Positions 8,401 through 16,523 are shown, numbered from the stretch's first letter. The stretch is 31,570 bases of DNA from a virus (IMGVR_UViG_3300014031_000005:1-31570); one strand, 5' to 3'. Made by a program: numbers and translations. The notes: generated by a model from the letters alone, not told the origin.

Positions 8401-10097
8401 ATGACTGAACCGGTCAGCGCCAGCCCCTGCTCCGCGGTGAAGCCGGACTGCTTGAGAAGGTCGGCGATCTGGGCCGTGCCGGCAGTGAGCTTGCCACCCT
8501 GAGATTCGCCTAAGCCATACTTCTGGGCAATGACTGTGGCAGCGTCATACAGATTGGCAGCACCTTGAGCACCAAGGTCATAGTTCCTGGCAACGGCAGC
8601 CAGCTCGCCCAGGGTCTTGTCATTGGCAAGCGCCCGCGCCGCCGGATCACCGAAAGCACCACTGGCCTTGGCGCCCTCAAGGAGATTGACAGTCGAGCCC
8701 AACGTGGCGCCGATGTCACCAGAGACCCCTGAGGTGTCCTGGAAGAACCGGGTGTACTTGGTGGCCGCGTCGACCGCGATGGTCGGTGCAGTGGCCAAGT
8801 TCTGACCGATGGTGGAGTAGGTGGCGGCCAAACCTTGCGCCCGCTCCTGGTTGCCGCCGAGCGCGATGGACAGCTGGTTGACGGCCAGGGAGTACTCCTC
8901 CGTGGCCTTCTTGACTTCAGTCAGGAGCTTGGTGCCCTCCTGGAACACCTGATAGAAGGCGTAGTACTTCAGCATCTGGAGGCCACCCATGCCACCACCG
9001 AAGCCGCCCCCACTGCCGGTGCCACTGGCTTCAGCGGCCTGCTTCTCCATCGCCGCAGTCAGGCGCTCCTCCACCGCGAGCGTCTTGATCCGTTGCTGCG
9101 TGAGCTCGACCTCACTGATCGCGCCCCTGCCTGCGGCCGCCGCGGCCTCATTGTCAGCGGCGAGCTGCCGAGTCTTGGCGACGTTGATCGCCAGGTCCAG
9201 CTGCAGTTGCTGGATCTTCGCTGAGGCCGCGGGATCAACCTCCTTGAGGTTGACCGGAATCCGACCAGCGGCCTCAGCCTGTGTAGCCGCCGTCTCCTCC
9301 GCCGCGACCAGCTTCCGGTCGGCGGCAATGAGAGCACCGATGCTCGACGAGGTCGCTGCGGTTCGCTGGTCAACGGACAGGTACTCCTTTTCGATGGCCA
9401 CCACCAGCCGCGACCGAGCCGCAACCAACTTGGCCTGCGCCTCCTCCAGCGCCGTACCCTCGCCAACGCCCGTTGCCGCGGCGATCTGAGCCTGCACATC
9501 CGCCAGTCCTGCACCGCCCGAGAGCCCGAAGGCATTGAGCTGCTCACTACCCGGAACAGCAATGCCCGCGATCTTGCCGGGACCTGGCACGCGCGACGCA
9601 ATTATGGCAGCGTTCGCTGCCTCCTCCTCTGCTGCAACGCGCGCGTTGGCAGCAGCACTCGAGAGTGGGACAGGAGCGATGACCTGCTGCTGCTCCTGCG
9701 TGAGCGGCCAGAATCCAGGCGTGGCCGCGGCGGCCCGTTGCTCCAGCTGAACGGCCATCAGCTGGCGCGTCTTGACGATGACCGCCTCAGTGCCGACGAT
9801 CATCTCTTGCATCGCAGTGATCTCGGGGCCGAACTGCGCCGGGTCGCCGAGCATTCCTCGACCCGCAACCCTCATCTCCGCCAGGGCCACCTTCAGCTGG
9901 TCCAGGACCCCCAGAGTGGCCGTGGCGCCCGCCTCTACGCTCCCGAACAGCTGCTGGCCCAGCTGCACCCCAGGCAGATTGCCCAGCTCGGCCATCTTGG
10001 CCTGCAGCTGGGAGATGATCGCGCCAAGGCGGCCAGGAGCGTCGTTGTCCTCAACAATGATCGAGACAAGTCCCTCGAACAGCGGATCGACGGCCAC
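5433..10097 (-). CDS. Tape measure protein
   Basis: 1554 aa, Ala/Gly/Leu-rich and helical with central hydrophobic stretches. Strong AGGAGG RBS before the GTG; directly follows the tail assembly chaperone. Confidence 0.93.
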   Translation of the reverse strand: MAVDPLFEGLVSIIVEDNDAPGRLGAIISQLQAKMAELGNLPGVQLGQQLFGSVEAGATATLGVLDQLKVALAEMRVAGRGMLGDPAQFGPEITAMQEMIVGTEAVIVKTRQLMAVQLEQRAAAATPGFWPLTQEQQQVIAPVPLSSAAANARVAAEEEAANAAIIASRVPGPGKIAGIAVPGSEQLNAFGLSGGAGLADVQAQIAAATGVGEGTALEEAQAKLVAARSRLVVAIEKEYLSVDQRTAATSSSIGALIAADRKLVAAEETAATQAEAAGRIPVNLKEVDPAASAKIQQLQLDLAINVAKTRQLAADNEAAAAAGRGAISEVELTQQRIKTLAVEERLTAAMEKQAAEASGTGSGGGFGGGMGGLQMLKYYAFYQVFQEGTKLLTEVKKATEEYSLAVNQLSIALGGNQERAQGLAATYSTIGQNLATAPTIAVDAATKYTRFFQDTSGVSGDIGATLGSTVNLLEGAKASGAFGDPAARALANDKTLGELAAVARNYDLGAQGAANLYDAATVIAQKYGLGESQGGKLTAGTAQIADLLKQSGFTAEQGLALTGSVMQYTGNTSEMAAGDLKRFLGRQGSDAFKNIFAEFSVDQNQTLRGELVDLGAKFKDLSETQRAKIVSTLGGGRAGAAVVAAITDLPSQTDVAAKGADSVGIAFEQAQLRLGTFAGKLEQISADWSTLAKDLGTSGLGLIFGDALTLVDPLLRGVDALVSGFALLPGYVKQFLEVLALASVAGRVFGGSFGLEGITGMLTKVGGIGAGAVSVEQTAAQVAATAAIAAETEAQAALASARVATTVATIADGASSTAATEAIAAQAVAEEALAVTSAAATEAVAAQTVAAGAGTASLVARLGALAGAAGGAAVAIAPFVEIIAGLAAIGEIWKVTGQSKDAQKQAADAFAAHAKAKTADDYVTAAGLAGQANAGLKASHEGVGGFVFGGESLPLYPGGPAQPTMYDSLLQRLQVQQNQDLRSSMTPAQLTEQQLRTFQATHTGSDGLSSLAPGVMATAAELSPTQQHFGADYVDVDRGIKRLATVRASVSSSLAQLRDELANIPNSSLADLLTPQTGFKGAGDELKRLTTQIGHSNNPIQNEADLGKISSYTAELTKRANASGDADNIDAASAMYDTALKAYHQSILGNVKARVDSIHAMQSDNARSQAQIRGTVTAALREFAATGDVNSVVALLAGVDKAFITRFNAGIDAERRILADQLMALRIAAGNAANAAIAATDDPRRQSIIANRDTTAVTPAEKAFQDKIARDVKIAGTMATAAGLTVPGGSDFTWPKDKAAAASGPTAAQIEEARLAAQAIPGDPMSAAITNLRVAQYKMSEPKNQVEYWTALKALHDAQYAYSMAQQSAANDATQLREDLTNPLVVAREKVAEAQRQLAFDLSRGALPDVTNKDRLALKQAQSAAEKTAFDQQFSDESTNYNLQRISLSAYLSYLNAQHNYLTAVHSKTRQQVDELNQVDQALKGLADSLQGQFNLGQIKVPTAYEARAIAAGGLTTNVQITINGTDIPAVKAILTQYLGQGVMSTAGSSARRV

Positions 10098-10113
10098 CGG
10101 ACTACCTCCTCTT

Positions 10114-10437
10114 CTACAGACCTAGCTGTTTGGTCAACTCGTTCTCCTGCATGTCCGGGATCGTCTCCATCTGCGCTCCCGGGTTCTGCCTTCTCACCTT
10201 CACGTCCTCAAACCACCGCATCAGAGCGTCGTCGTCGCCCCACATCTCCTGTGGCGGGATCTCGCCCTCGTCTGGCATCTCGAAGTAGCCCAAGACCATC
10301 AAGGCCTCATTGACGGCTATGACGAGATCGTGGCCGGCTCTTCGGATGTCACCTCCGGGCCAGATTCCTTGGATTCCTCCGGCTTGCTTGAAGGCCCGCG
10401 CGACTCGGAGGAACTCGCCGGACCTCCCAAGAAACGC
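10114..10437 (-). CDS. Tail assembly chaperone, frameshifted (GT-type) C-terminal extension
   Basis: The -1 frame relative to the chaperone is open from ~10464 to 10114 (FLGRSGEFLRVARAFKQAGG...EIPPQEMWGDDDALMRWFEDVK...). This is the canonical position just before the tape measure. Confidence 0.7.
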   Translation of the reverse strand, partial: AFLGRSGEFLRVARAFKQAGGIQGIWPGGDIRRAGHDLVIAVNEALMVLGYFEMPDEGEIPPQEMWGDDDALMRWFEDVKVRRQNPGAQMETIPDMQENELTKQLGL

Positions 10438-11195
10438 GCAACGTCCGGGGGCATGTTCAGGTCGTCATAGGCCGCCCTGACCTGCCTCAGCAGTGACTCC
10501 GGGAGTTGGTCCACCTCCTGACGGTCATCCAGCCAGCGTTGGGAATGGTCGCAGCCCTCGTGCTGCCAACGTCCGTTGTCATCACGGGCCGCCTCGCACA
10601 CCCGCATCGAGTAGAACGTCTCCGACTTCGTCTTCTCCCGCAGGAACGCGGCAATGCCCTGCTGCTCGGAGTAGGCCTCCAGGTGCATCTCCCGCAGCTT
10701 GTCCTCGGGCAAGGCATCCAACTCGCCTCGCATCTCGTTGCGCAGGAAGTCGGTGCGTTGGGTCATCTCGGCCTGATACTCGTCCAGGACCTTCCTGACC
10801 ACCGCCACCTCGGGGTCGTCATCTGCCTTGCCGGTCAGCTGGTCGGAGGACCACTCGAGAGTCTCGAGCTTCTCCTTCCACTCCTTGTCGGAATGCAGTT
10901 CGCGGATGACCTTGACGGTGCGCTCGTTGTCCTTGGCCGCCACCAGGGCATCGATGATCACGCCCTTTGCAGTGCTCTTGGAGGTGATCCGAAACAGGTC
11001 CGACTCGGCAGTCCCGACCTCCGTGATTGCCAGCATGATCCGGGCCCGGGCGATCCTGCCCTCATGGGCCGCCTGCTCGGCCTCGAACGGGCTGAGCTTG
11101 TTCAGCCACACCACGACCTCGGAGCCATCGCTGGCCTTCAAGGGAGCAACGACGCCCTCCTCGAACAGGTCCGTGAGCTTTGCCAACCGTCCCAT
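10317..11195 (-). CDS. Tail assembly chaperone (G-type)
   Basis: Acidic helical protein between the major tail and tape measure genes. Start is ATG 11195 (or 11201) after GAAGGGA. It has a low-complexity Ser/Glu/Pro tail after the putative shift site. Confidence 0.8.
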   Translation of the reverse strand: MGRLAKLTDLFEEGVVAPLKASDGSEVVVWLNKLSPFEAEQAAHEGRIARARIMLAITEVGTAESDLFRITSKSTAKGVIIDALVAAKDNERTVKVIRELHSDKEWKEKLETLEWSSDQLTGKADDDPEVAVVRKVLDEYQAEMTQRTDFLRNEMRGELDALPEDKLREMHLEAYSEQQGIAAFLREKTKSETFYSMRVCEAARDDNGRWQHEGCDHSQRWLDDRQEVDQLPESLLRQVRAAYDDLNMPPDVARFLGGPASSSESRGPSSKPEESKESGPEVTSEEPATISS

Positions 11196-11321
11196 CGTCA
11201 TTCCCTTCTCGATCCCCTCACGTCGGCTCCCGATGTGAGTACCGCCCAGACCCGGCCTCCTCATGCGAAGGTCGGGGCCAGGCGGTCATCCAGTTCCCTG
11301 TCGTGCGTCTTGCGGTCTTGC

Positions 11322-11343
11322 AACGTGCGTTGTTACGTCGTGT
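11322..11343. promoter_or_regulatory. Putative operator upstream of the tail assembly chaperone
   Basis: AACGTGCGTTGTTACGTCGTGT, near-identical to the reverse complement of 30196-30217. Confidence 0.5.
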
Positions 11344-11346
11344 TCC

Positions 11347-11412
11347 CTACATGCGCCTGGCTACGAAAACGACCAGACACACCACGAGGATGATGCCCAA
11401 GATCTCGAACAT
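11347..11412 (-). CDS. 21-aa single-pass membrane micro-protein (MFEILGIILVVCLVVFVARRM)
   Basis: ATG lies 2 nt after the major tail stop, with AGGA upstream. It encodes a long hydrophobic run followed by RR, and is below the ORF-track length cutoff. Confidence 0.55.
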   Translation of the reverse strand: MFEILGIILVVCLVVFVARRM

Positions 11413-11414
11413 GA

Positions 11415-12890
11415 TCAGAAGTCCTGCACCACAAGCACGCCCGTGTCGGACTGGAACGGCGCCGTAAGGTCGAGTTTGGACTGCACCTTGGCGGAGAAGC
11501 CCGGCAACTGGAACCGGGCATCCGGGATGTGCAGGCGCTCGAGGACCCGGCCATCGAGCGGGTTCTTGAGCACGACCTGGACATCCAGAGCCGGACTCGT
11601 CGAGGGGCCAGCAGACTGCAGGCGGTCACTGACCGCGGACAGATCCTGCACCAGGGTCAGCAGGTCGGCATAGACCTGCGGACGGAAGGCAATCGAACCG
11701 CTGACCACCGGCACGTCGTAGTCGATGTTGACGTAGTGGTAGTTGCCCAGCTCCTCATCGTTCTGGAGGGTGACCTTCCAGTCGACCGACGCAGACTGGA
11801 TGCCGCGGCGCTTGGTCCCAATCACGGTCGCCGCAGCAGCACCTGGAGCACCGGCTGGACCGATGTAGATGTCGATGTCACGGCCACGCAGAGCGGCCGG
11901 ACGCACCGTGGGCACGTACTGGGCCACCGGAGCGGAAATCAGGTGAGCGTTGACCGTCGCGGTGACTAGGGTGGCCACCCAGGGGGAGGCTGTGCCGGTG
12001 ACGCTGGCAACCTGCACGACCTCGGTGACTGCGGAACCTGCCGTGTCGTCGATAATCAGCGAGTCGCCGGCAACCGTGGCGAAGTCGACCGAGATCGTGG
12101 TCGCCGCAGCAAGCACGGCTGCAGTCAGGGTGCCGAAGATACCCGACACCAGCGCGTGGACGCTCTGGGGGAACGTCTCCTCCGCCGGGGAGGCGTAGGT
12201 GATGTAGATCGTGTCCGTGGCTGCTACCGCGGCGATGATGGTGATCGTGGTGACCGCAGCCTCGGTGGTGATCGCGCCATAAGCCTCGGTGTAGTCCGCA
12301 CCGAACTGCAGACGGGTCCTGCCCGCCGTGATCGCCAGAATGCGCCGCTGGATGCCACCTTCCACGACCGCGTACGCCGGATGCGCACTCACGATCGTCT
12401 GCCCCGCCGTGCCCGAGCCAGCCACGCCCTCCACGTAGGTCGACCCCGGGTTGTAGAAGATCGTGTCACCCTTCAGGGTGCAGGTCTTGGTGGCGTTCGT
12501 GCTGCCGACGCCGTACTTGTAGCTCACCGACTCCAGATACAGGCAAGGCACCGCAGCCGAACCAACAGTGCCGAACTGGTCGGCCGTGCCCTGTCCCGGC
12601 TTGAAGGCGCTCTTGAGGTTGAGCACCTTGGCCAAGGTGAAGTCGTACGTGTGTGTGGTCCCCACCGGCTTGTCCAGCAGGAGCGCCTCCATGGCGCACG
12701 AGGCGTCGAGGCTCTCCATGGAGAAGGTGAGGTCCGGGATGTCGCTGACCTGGCCGACGGACAGGTAGTTACCCAGCTCGTAGACGGTCGTGCGACGAAT
12801 GTTGACAGTGCCTGGCCCCGCGGTCTGCAAACGCTGCAGGAGCACGGCGTTGTTGCCGACGTGGAGGATTTGCCCCCCCTTCACAGCCAC
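11415..12890 (-). CDS. Major tail (tube) protein with inserted beta-rich accessory domains
   Basis: Likely GTG start at 12890 (AAGGGA 10 nt upstream; alternative 12899). Tube-like motifs (TTVYELGNY...PDLTFSMES; SASVDWKVTLQNDEELGNY...VSGSIAFRP) and position before the chaperone and tape measure. Confidence 0.85.
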   Translation of the reverse strand: MAVKGGQILHVGNNAVLLQRLQTAGPGTVNIRRTTVYELGNYLSVGQVSDIPDLTFSMESLDASCAMEALLLDKPVGTTHTYDFTLAKVLNLKSAFKPGQGTADQFGTVGSAAVPCLYLESVSYKYGVGSTNATKTCTLKGDTIFYNPGSTYVEGVAGSGTAGQTIVSAHPAYAVVEGGIQRRILAITAGRTRLQFGADYTEAYGAITTEAAVTTITIIAAVAATDTIYITYASPAEETFPQSVHALVSGIFGTLTAAVLAAATTISVDFATVAGDSLIIDDTAGSAVTEVVQVASVTGTASPWVATLVTATVNAHLISAPVAQYVPTVRPAALRGRDIDIYIGPAGAPGAAAATVIGTKRRGIQSASVDWKVTLQNDEELGNYHYVNIDYDVPVVSGSIAFRPQVYADLLTLVQDLSAVSDRLQSAGPSTSPALDVQVVLKNPLDGRVLERLHIPDARFQLPGFSAKVQSKLDLTAPFQSDTGVLVVQDF

Positions 12891-12941
12891 TGGGACCACG
12901 TCCCTTTCGGGTTAAGAGTTGCCATTCGGGAACCACTCCTT

Positions 12942-13661
12942 CTACTCGACGTGCTTCCAGGTCTTGCGAGTTACCACAAGGCTGATGGCCGACTGCCCAA
13001 CGCCATACCGCGTCTCAAGCTCTTTCCGACTCATCCCATCGGCCGCCAGCGCTCGGATCTCACGTACAGCAGCATCGGTGAGCTTGGCCGCTTGCGCGCC
13101 CTCACCCTGCCGAGCCTTTCGGAAGGACTCGATGTGCTCAGGAGACTTCGGTCTCCCCTTCAAGGACGCGCTGACCTTGGCCTTCGTCTCCTCCGAAAGA
13201 GTGCGGCCCATCATGGTGGCCGAGATCTTGGCGCGCGTCTCAGCACTAACGACCTGACCCTTCTGGCGCTCACTGCTGCGACGACAGAACTCCTCGCTGC
13301 GCTTGCGTCCCTTGTTCGATGCCGTCCGCTTCGCGCGAGCTTCCGGCGTCTGCGACGCAAGGATGTAACCGCCCTCACCGCCATCAGTGGTGTTGGTCAG
13401 ATCGCAGCCGAGCTCACGCATCCGTGCGATCCACCAACGCTCGTTCACACGCCAGTCGACATCGCCGGGCAAGTCCTCGAGAGTGACTATGATGGGACGC
13501 TCACCACGCACTCGAAGCGACCGAATCCATGCAGCCTTATGACCGCGGGCCTTGAGGGACTGCTGGAGATGAGACTCGAGACGCTTAGGTCCATCAAGGG
13601 CATACCCCACGTAGCGCACGGCATAGTCAGAGGGATCGAGAAGCGCATAGATGATGGCCAT
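12942..13661 (-). CDS. Free-standing GIY-YIG homing endonuclease with NUMOD3-type repeats and a C-terminal HTH
   Basis: IIYALLDP...VRYVGY...RLESH; E..WI; LTNTTDGGEG; repeats SAETRAKISATMMG and SEETKAKVSASLKG; AKLTDAAVREIR...YGVGQSAIS..VTRKTWKHV. Confidence 0.9.
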   Translation of the reverse strand: MAIIYALLDPSDYAVRYVGYALDGPKRLESHLQQSLKARGHKAAWIRSLRVRGERPIIVTLEDLPGDVDWRVNERWWIARMRELGCDLTNTTDGGEGGYILASQTPEARAKRTASNKGRKRSEEFCRRSSERQKGQVVSAETRAKISATMMGRTLSEETKAKVSASLKGRPKSPEHIESFRKARQGEGAQAAKLTDAAVREIRALAADGMSRKELETRYGVGQSAISLVVTRKTWKHVE

Positions 13662-13697
13662 AAAGGCTAGATCGGGTCGCCAGCGCAGATACTGAGG

Positions 13698-14636
13698 TCA
13701 CTGCGGGTAGCGGTTGCGCGGGTCTCTCGTGGCCTTGACCAGATCACCAGTCGGCGGACGCAACGCGCTGTCCCTCATCAGAGCCACCACGTGCTCCTGG
13801 AACTGGAGGGCGACCTTGCGATTGATGTCAATCAACATGGCCTGCCACTGGCCCGCGGGGAACTGGCCGCCACCGGCGCGGATCAGGTCCTGGATCTCGG
13901 CCCTGGCGGTCACTGTCGCGAGACCAACATGACTGTCGTATCCCAGAGCCGGGTCGTAACCCCGGTCACCGAGATAACTCTTGACATTGGTGACCTCCTG
14001 GCGCACAGGACCTTTCCTGGGCCCCGTAGCCGAGTCTCCACCGATGAGTGCGCGGGCTTTCCCCTGGGTGAACGCACCCCGAATGAGCGGGCCGATCTCT
14101 GCTCGCAGCATGTCGATCTGTACCTGCATCGGGTCGAAACTCTCCACCGCCCTCGTGTAGTAGTGCCGACCCTCAACGTTCCTCTTGGCCTGGGCCGAGA
14201 CGAACGGAATCTTGCCCAGCGGGGCCTTGGACATGATCCAGAAGAAGATCCGCCGGCGCTCCGACGGCGAGGCGCCATGTAGTTTGGACAGGTCCGCATT
14301 CGAGGGACGGCCCATCTTGCCGTCGGTGATGAAGTACCAGAATGCGAACCGGGCACGCTTTAGGGCGGTGGCCGCCGAGTTCGTCTCACCGAACGGCACG
14401 AACTTCTGATGGCCCAGCCCTTCCCCGGGCGCCGACAGCGCCTGACCGTCCCGCAGCTTGTTCGGACGCATGTTCGTGCCGGCCGAGTCCCCCCACAGGC
14501 CGATCAGGATCACCCCACTGAAGCTCTGCCCTTGCTCGATCTGGCGCCAGTACCGGTTGACCTTCGAGGCCGGATCGTCCAGCCATGCCGCCAGACCGAC
14601 GGTCCAGCCGACCTTGCCGGCATAGCTTTCAGGCAT
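13698..14636 (-). CDS. Hypothetical protein, possible neck/tail-completion component
   Basis: 312 aa, basic, TGATG-coupled within the connector gene block. No diagnostic motif recognised. Confidence 0.55.
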   Translation of the reverse strand: MPESYAGKVGWTVGLAAWLDDPASKVNRYWRQIEQGQSFSGVILIGLWGDSAGTNMRPNKLRDGQALSAPGEGLGHQKFVPFGETNSAATALKRARFAFWYFITDGKMGRPSNADLSKLHGASPSERRRIFFWIMSKAPLGKIPFVSAQAKRNVEGRHYYTRAVESFDPMQVQIDMLRAEIGPLIRGAFTQGKARALIGGDSATGPRKGPVRQEVTNVKSYLGDRGYDPALGYDSHVGLATVTARAEIQDLIRAGGGQFPAGQWQAMLIDINRKVALQFQEHVVALMRDSALRPPTGDLVKATRDPRNRYPQ

Positions 14637-14914
14637 CAGGTCCTGCCCTTCGGGACGTACACCACTCGGTGGATCTGCTCCAACAGGTCATACAAACGCT
14701 CGTTAGTAACTTGGGTGTCGTCGGTGGCAACCGCCTTCAGGCAGTCCAGGGCGGTGTCGTGATACACCCCGGCCGCACGAACCACCACCTCACGCAGGTC
14801 CCGGCGTTGCTCCAGGGACAGCGCTGGGTACACCTCCCGCTCGATGTGTCTCATGACCGTGGCCACCAGGCGCTTGTGCTGGGAGGTGAGAAGATTCGTC
14901 AGCTCCTGGGCCAC
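14636..14914 (-). CDS. Hypothetical helical protein
   Basis: 92 aa. The GTG start overlaps the upstream TAG, and the stop overlaps the next ATG. Confidence 0.7.
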   Translation of the reverse strand: MAQELTNLLTSQHKRLVATVMRHIEREVYPALSLEQRRDLREVVVRAAGVYHDTALDCLKAVATDDTQVTNERLYDLLEQIHRVVYVPKGRT

Positions 14915-15447
14915 TACGTGCCTTCGGTTGCGTTGTACTCATGGACGCAGGTCGCCTTCACGACCTCCCAGCGCAACTTGCTGGCGCCACCCAGCGGCCG
15001 GTCAACCTCGACATCCTCGAAGCGCAACATGTGGCCGGCGGACGGTGCTGGCGGGTTCAGCGAGTAGTCCGTCATCGGCAGGTACCGACTGGTCCCTGGC
15101 AGCCGGCCGGTGAAGATGCCACGCAGGTCACTGGACAGGGACTTGGCCACCCCTATGGACTCGCCATAGACGTCGACGAAGAGGGTGTGCCTGATGATCC
15201 ACAGACCCCCGTAGGATGCGCCCAGCTCGCCCTCCTGGTCATCGGGCTGCATCCCCTCAGACATGGCCACCGTGTTCGGGGCCATCGCCGACAGCTTCGG
15301 GTCAAGCTGCTCCTCGAGCAGAGTGATCGGCACGGAGGCGCCGAACGGAGGCGTGCTCGAGTTCCAGCCCAGAGTGTCCAGCTGCGCGCCGATATAGGCG
15401 AAGATGCTCTGGTAGACCATGCGGTCCTGGCCGCGGACGTAGCTCAT
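14914..15447 (-). CDS. Putative tail terminator protein
   Basis: 177 aa. The pattern TLFVDVYGES...AKSLSSDLRGIF and the synteny after adaptor and stopper fit tail-terminator folds. Confidence 0.6.
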   Translation of the reverse strand: MSYVRGQDRMVYQSIFAYIGAQLDTLGWNSSTPPFGASVPITLLEEQLDPKLSAMAPNTVAMSEGMQPDDQEGELGASYGGLWIIRHTLFVDVYGESIGVAKSLSSDLRGIFTGRLPGTSRYLPMTDYSLNPPAPSAGHMLRFEDVEVDRPLGGASKLRWEVVKATCVHEYNATEGT

Positions 15448-15896
15448 GCCGCATCGTCCGCCAATACGTGCACCGTGTAGATCCCGACAGAGACCAGACC
15501 CTGGGGCCGGTCAGTCCGCTGGTAGTTATAACGGATCCCGGCCACCACGCAGTAGGCGAAACCCTTGACCTGCACGTAGTCCTCGTCCAGCAAGGTGAGC
15601 ACCATGCCAGTGGCAGAGACGCTTCCCGCGGCCACCAGGTTGCCGGCGGCATCTTTGTAGTCCATCGAGCACGGCACCTTGATCCCAGCAGGCCTCGTCA
15701 GAGTAGGTCGGTATGCCGGATCGAACGGAGTGCCGCCCTGATCCAGCGTGTGAGTGCCGTCGCCCGCAACAGCCGCTGGCATGAAGAACGTCGGCTGGTC
15801 ATCGGTGATCACTGGCAGGCCGACCTGCATTGCCAGTCGAAGACCTGCACGAACTGCGGTGGCATCGAAGTTCGGGATCTGGGAAGATGAGGCCAT
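15444..15896 (-). CDS. Putative head-to-tail stopper (head closure)
   Basis: 150 aa with a beta-rich C-terminus (LTLLDEDY...VVAGIRYNY...YTVHV); synteny. Confidence 0.55.
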   Translation of the reverse strand: MASSSQIPNFDATAVRAGLRLAMQVGLPVITDDQPTFFMPAAVAGDGTHTLDQGGTPFDPAYRPTLTRPAGIKVPCSMDYKDAAGNLVAAGSVSATGMVLTLLDEDYVQVKGFAYCVVAGIRYNYQRTDRPQGLVSVGIYTVHVLADDAA

Positions 15897-15897
15897 G

Positions 15898-16431
15898 TCA
15901 CCACGGGCCGGTGAGCTCGTAAGCCCAGAAGCCGAAGTTGTTCATGTCGATACCGCCGAACCACGGCAGGAACCCGAACGAGCGAGAGATGTAGGCGTCG
16001 GTCACGTAGATCGATGGCGAAGACGCACGCAACAGACGCATCGCCTGGTTGGCCAGGTTCAGGCGCCGAGCCTGGAGCTCCTTGATCTCTGCGGCCAGGA
16101 CGTTGGCCGAGTAGTCGACCTCATACTGCGAGGTGCCAGACTTGTAGACGCTGCGGGTCGGCTGGTTGCGGAACTTGGCCAGCAGGATGCCCTCTGCGGC
16201 GTACAGCCCAATGATCGCAGCCCCACCGGGGGACAGGTCTGGGGTCACCGTGTTGGCCACCAGATCGAGCACCATCGTCCCGAAGAAACCATCGATCTGG
16301 GCTTGACCAAAGGCGTCCTCCAGGGAGCCGACCAGGTCGGTGTCCAGCGTGTTGGGGAACGCAACAAGGAACTCACCCGGGATGGCGACCTGCCGCTTCA
16401 GGGGCGGGACGAGATCTAGCAGCGCGGTCAT
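15898..16431 (-). CDS. Putative head-to-tail adaptor (connector)
   Basis: Likely start ATG 16431 (MTALLDLVPPLKRQVAIPG). Helical protein of ~177 aa and first gene of the connector block. Confidence 0.6.
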   Translation of the reverse strand: MTALLDLVPPLKRQVAIPGEFLVAFPNTLDTDLVGSLEDAFGQAQIDGFFGTMVLDLVANTVTPDLSPGGAAIIGLYAAEGILLAKFRNQPTRSVYKSGTSQYEVDYSANVLAAEIKELQARRLNLANQAMRLLRASSPSIYVTDAYISRSFGFLPWFGGIDMNNFGFWAYELTGPW

Positions 16432-16450
16432 GTGGCTACTGTCGGCCCGC
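16432..16450 (-). promoter_or_regulatory. Putative promoter -10 element (GGGCCGAC) for a leaderless transcript
   Basis: GCGGGCCGACA is shared with the 18496/20250 repeats. CCGA lies 10 nt before ATG 16431, there is no SD, and it sits just downstream of a terminator. Confidence 0.5.
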
Positions 16451-16491
16451 GAGGAGGAAAGACGACCTGAGCCCAAGAGGGCCAGCCAGTA

Positions 16492-16523
16492 GGACGCCCC
16501 ACCGCCGAAGCGGTGGGGCGTCC
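16492..16523 (-). terminator. Intrinsic terminator-like hairpin
   Basis: Perfect 14-bp stem GGACGCCCCACCGC/GCGGTGGGGCGTCC with a C(UUCG)G tetraloop on the minus strand, downstream of the 532-aa gene. There is no clear U-tract, which is common in actinobacteria. Confidence 0.8.

Noticed and set aside
9465-9474. AACGCCCGTT copies at 9465 and 25405
   Set aside because: Both lie in coding sequence for A-T-G-V-G and are explainable by codon choice, so they were not counted as operators.
11415-12890. Possible contractile tail sheath, given the size of the protein
   Set aside because: No baseplate wedge/J-like genes or separate tube gene are visible, and the chaperone-tape measure-Dit-hub order fits a siphovirus.
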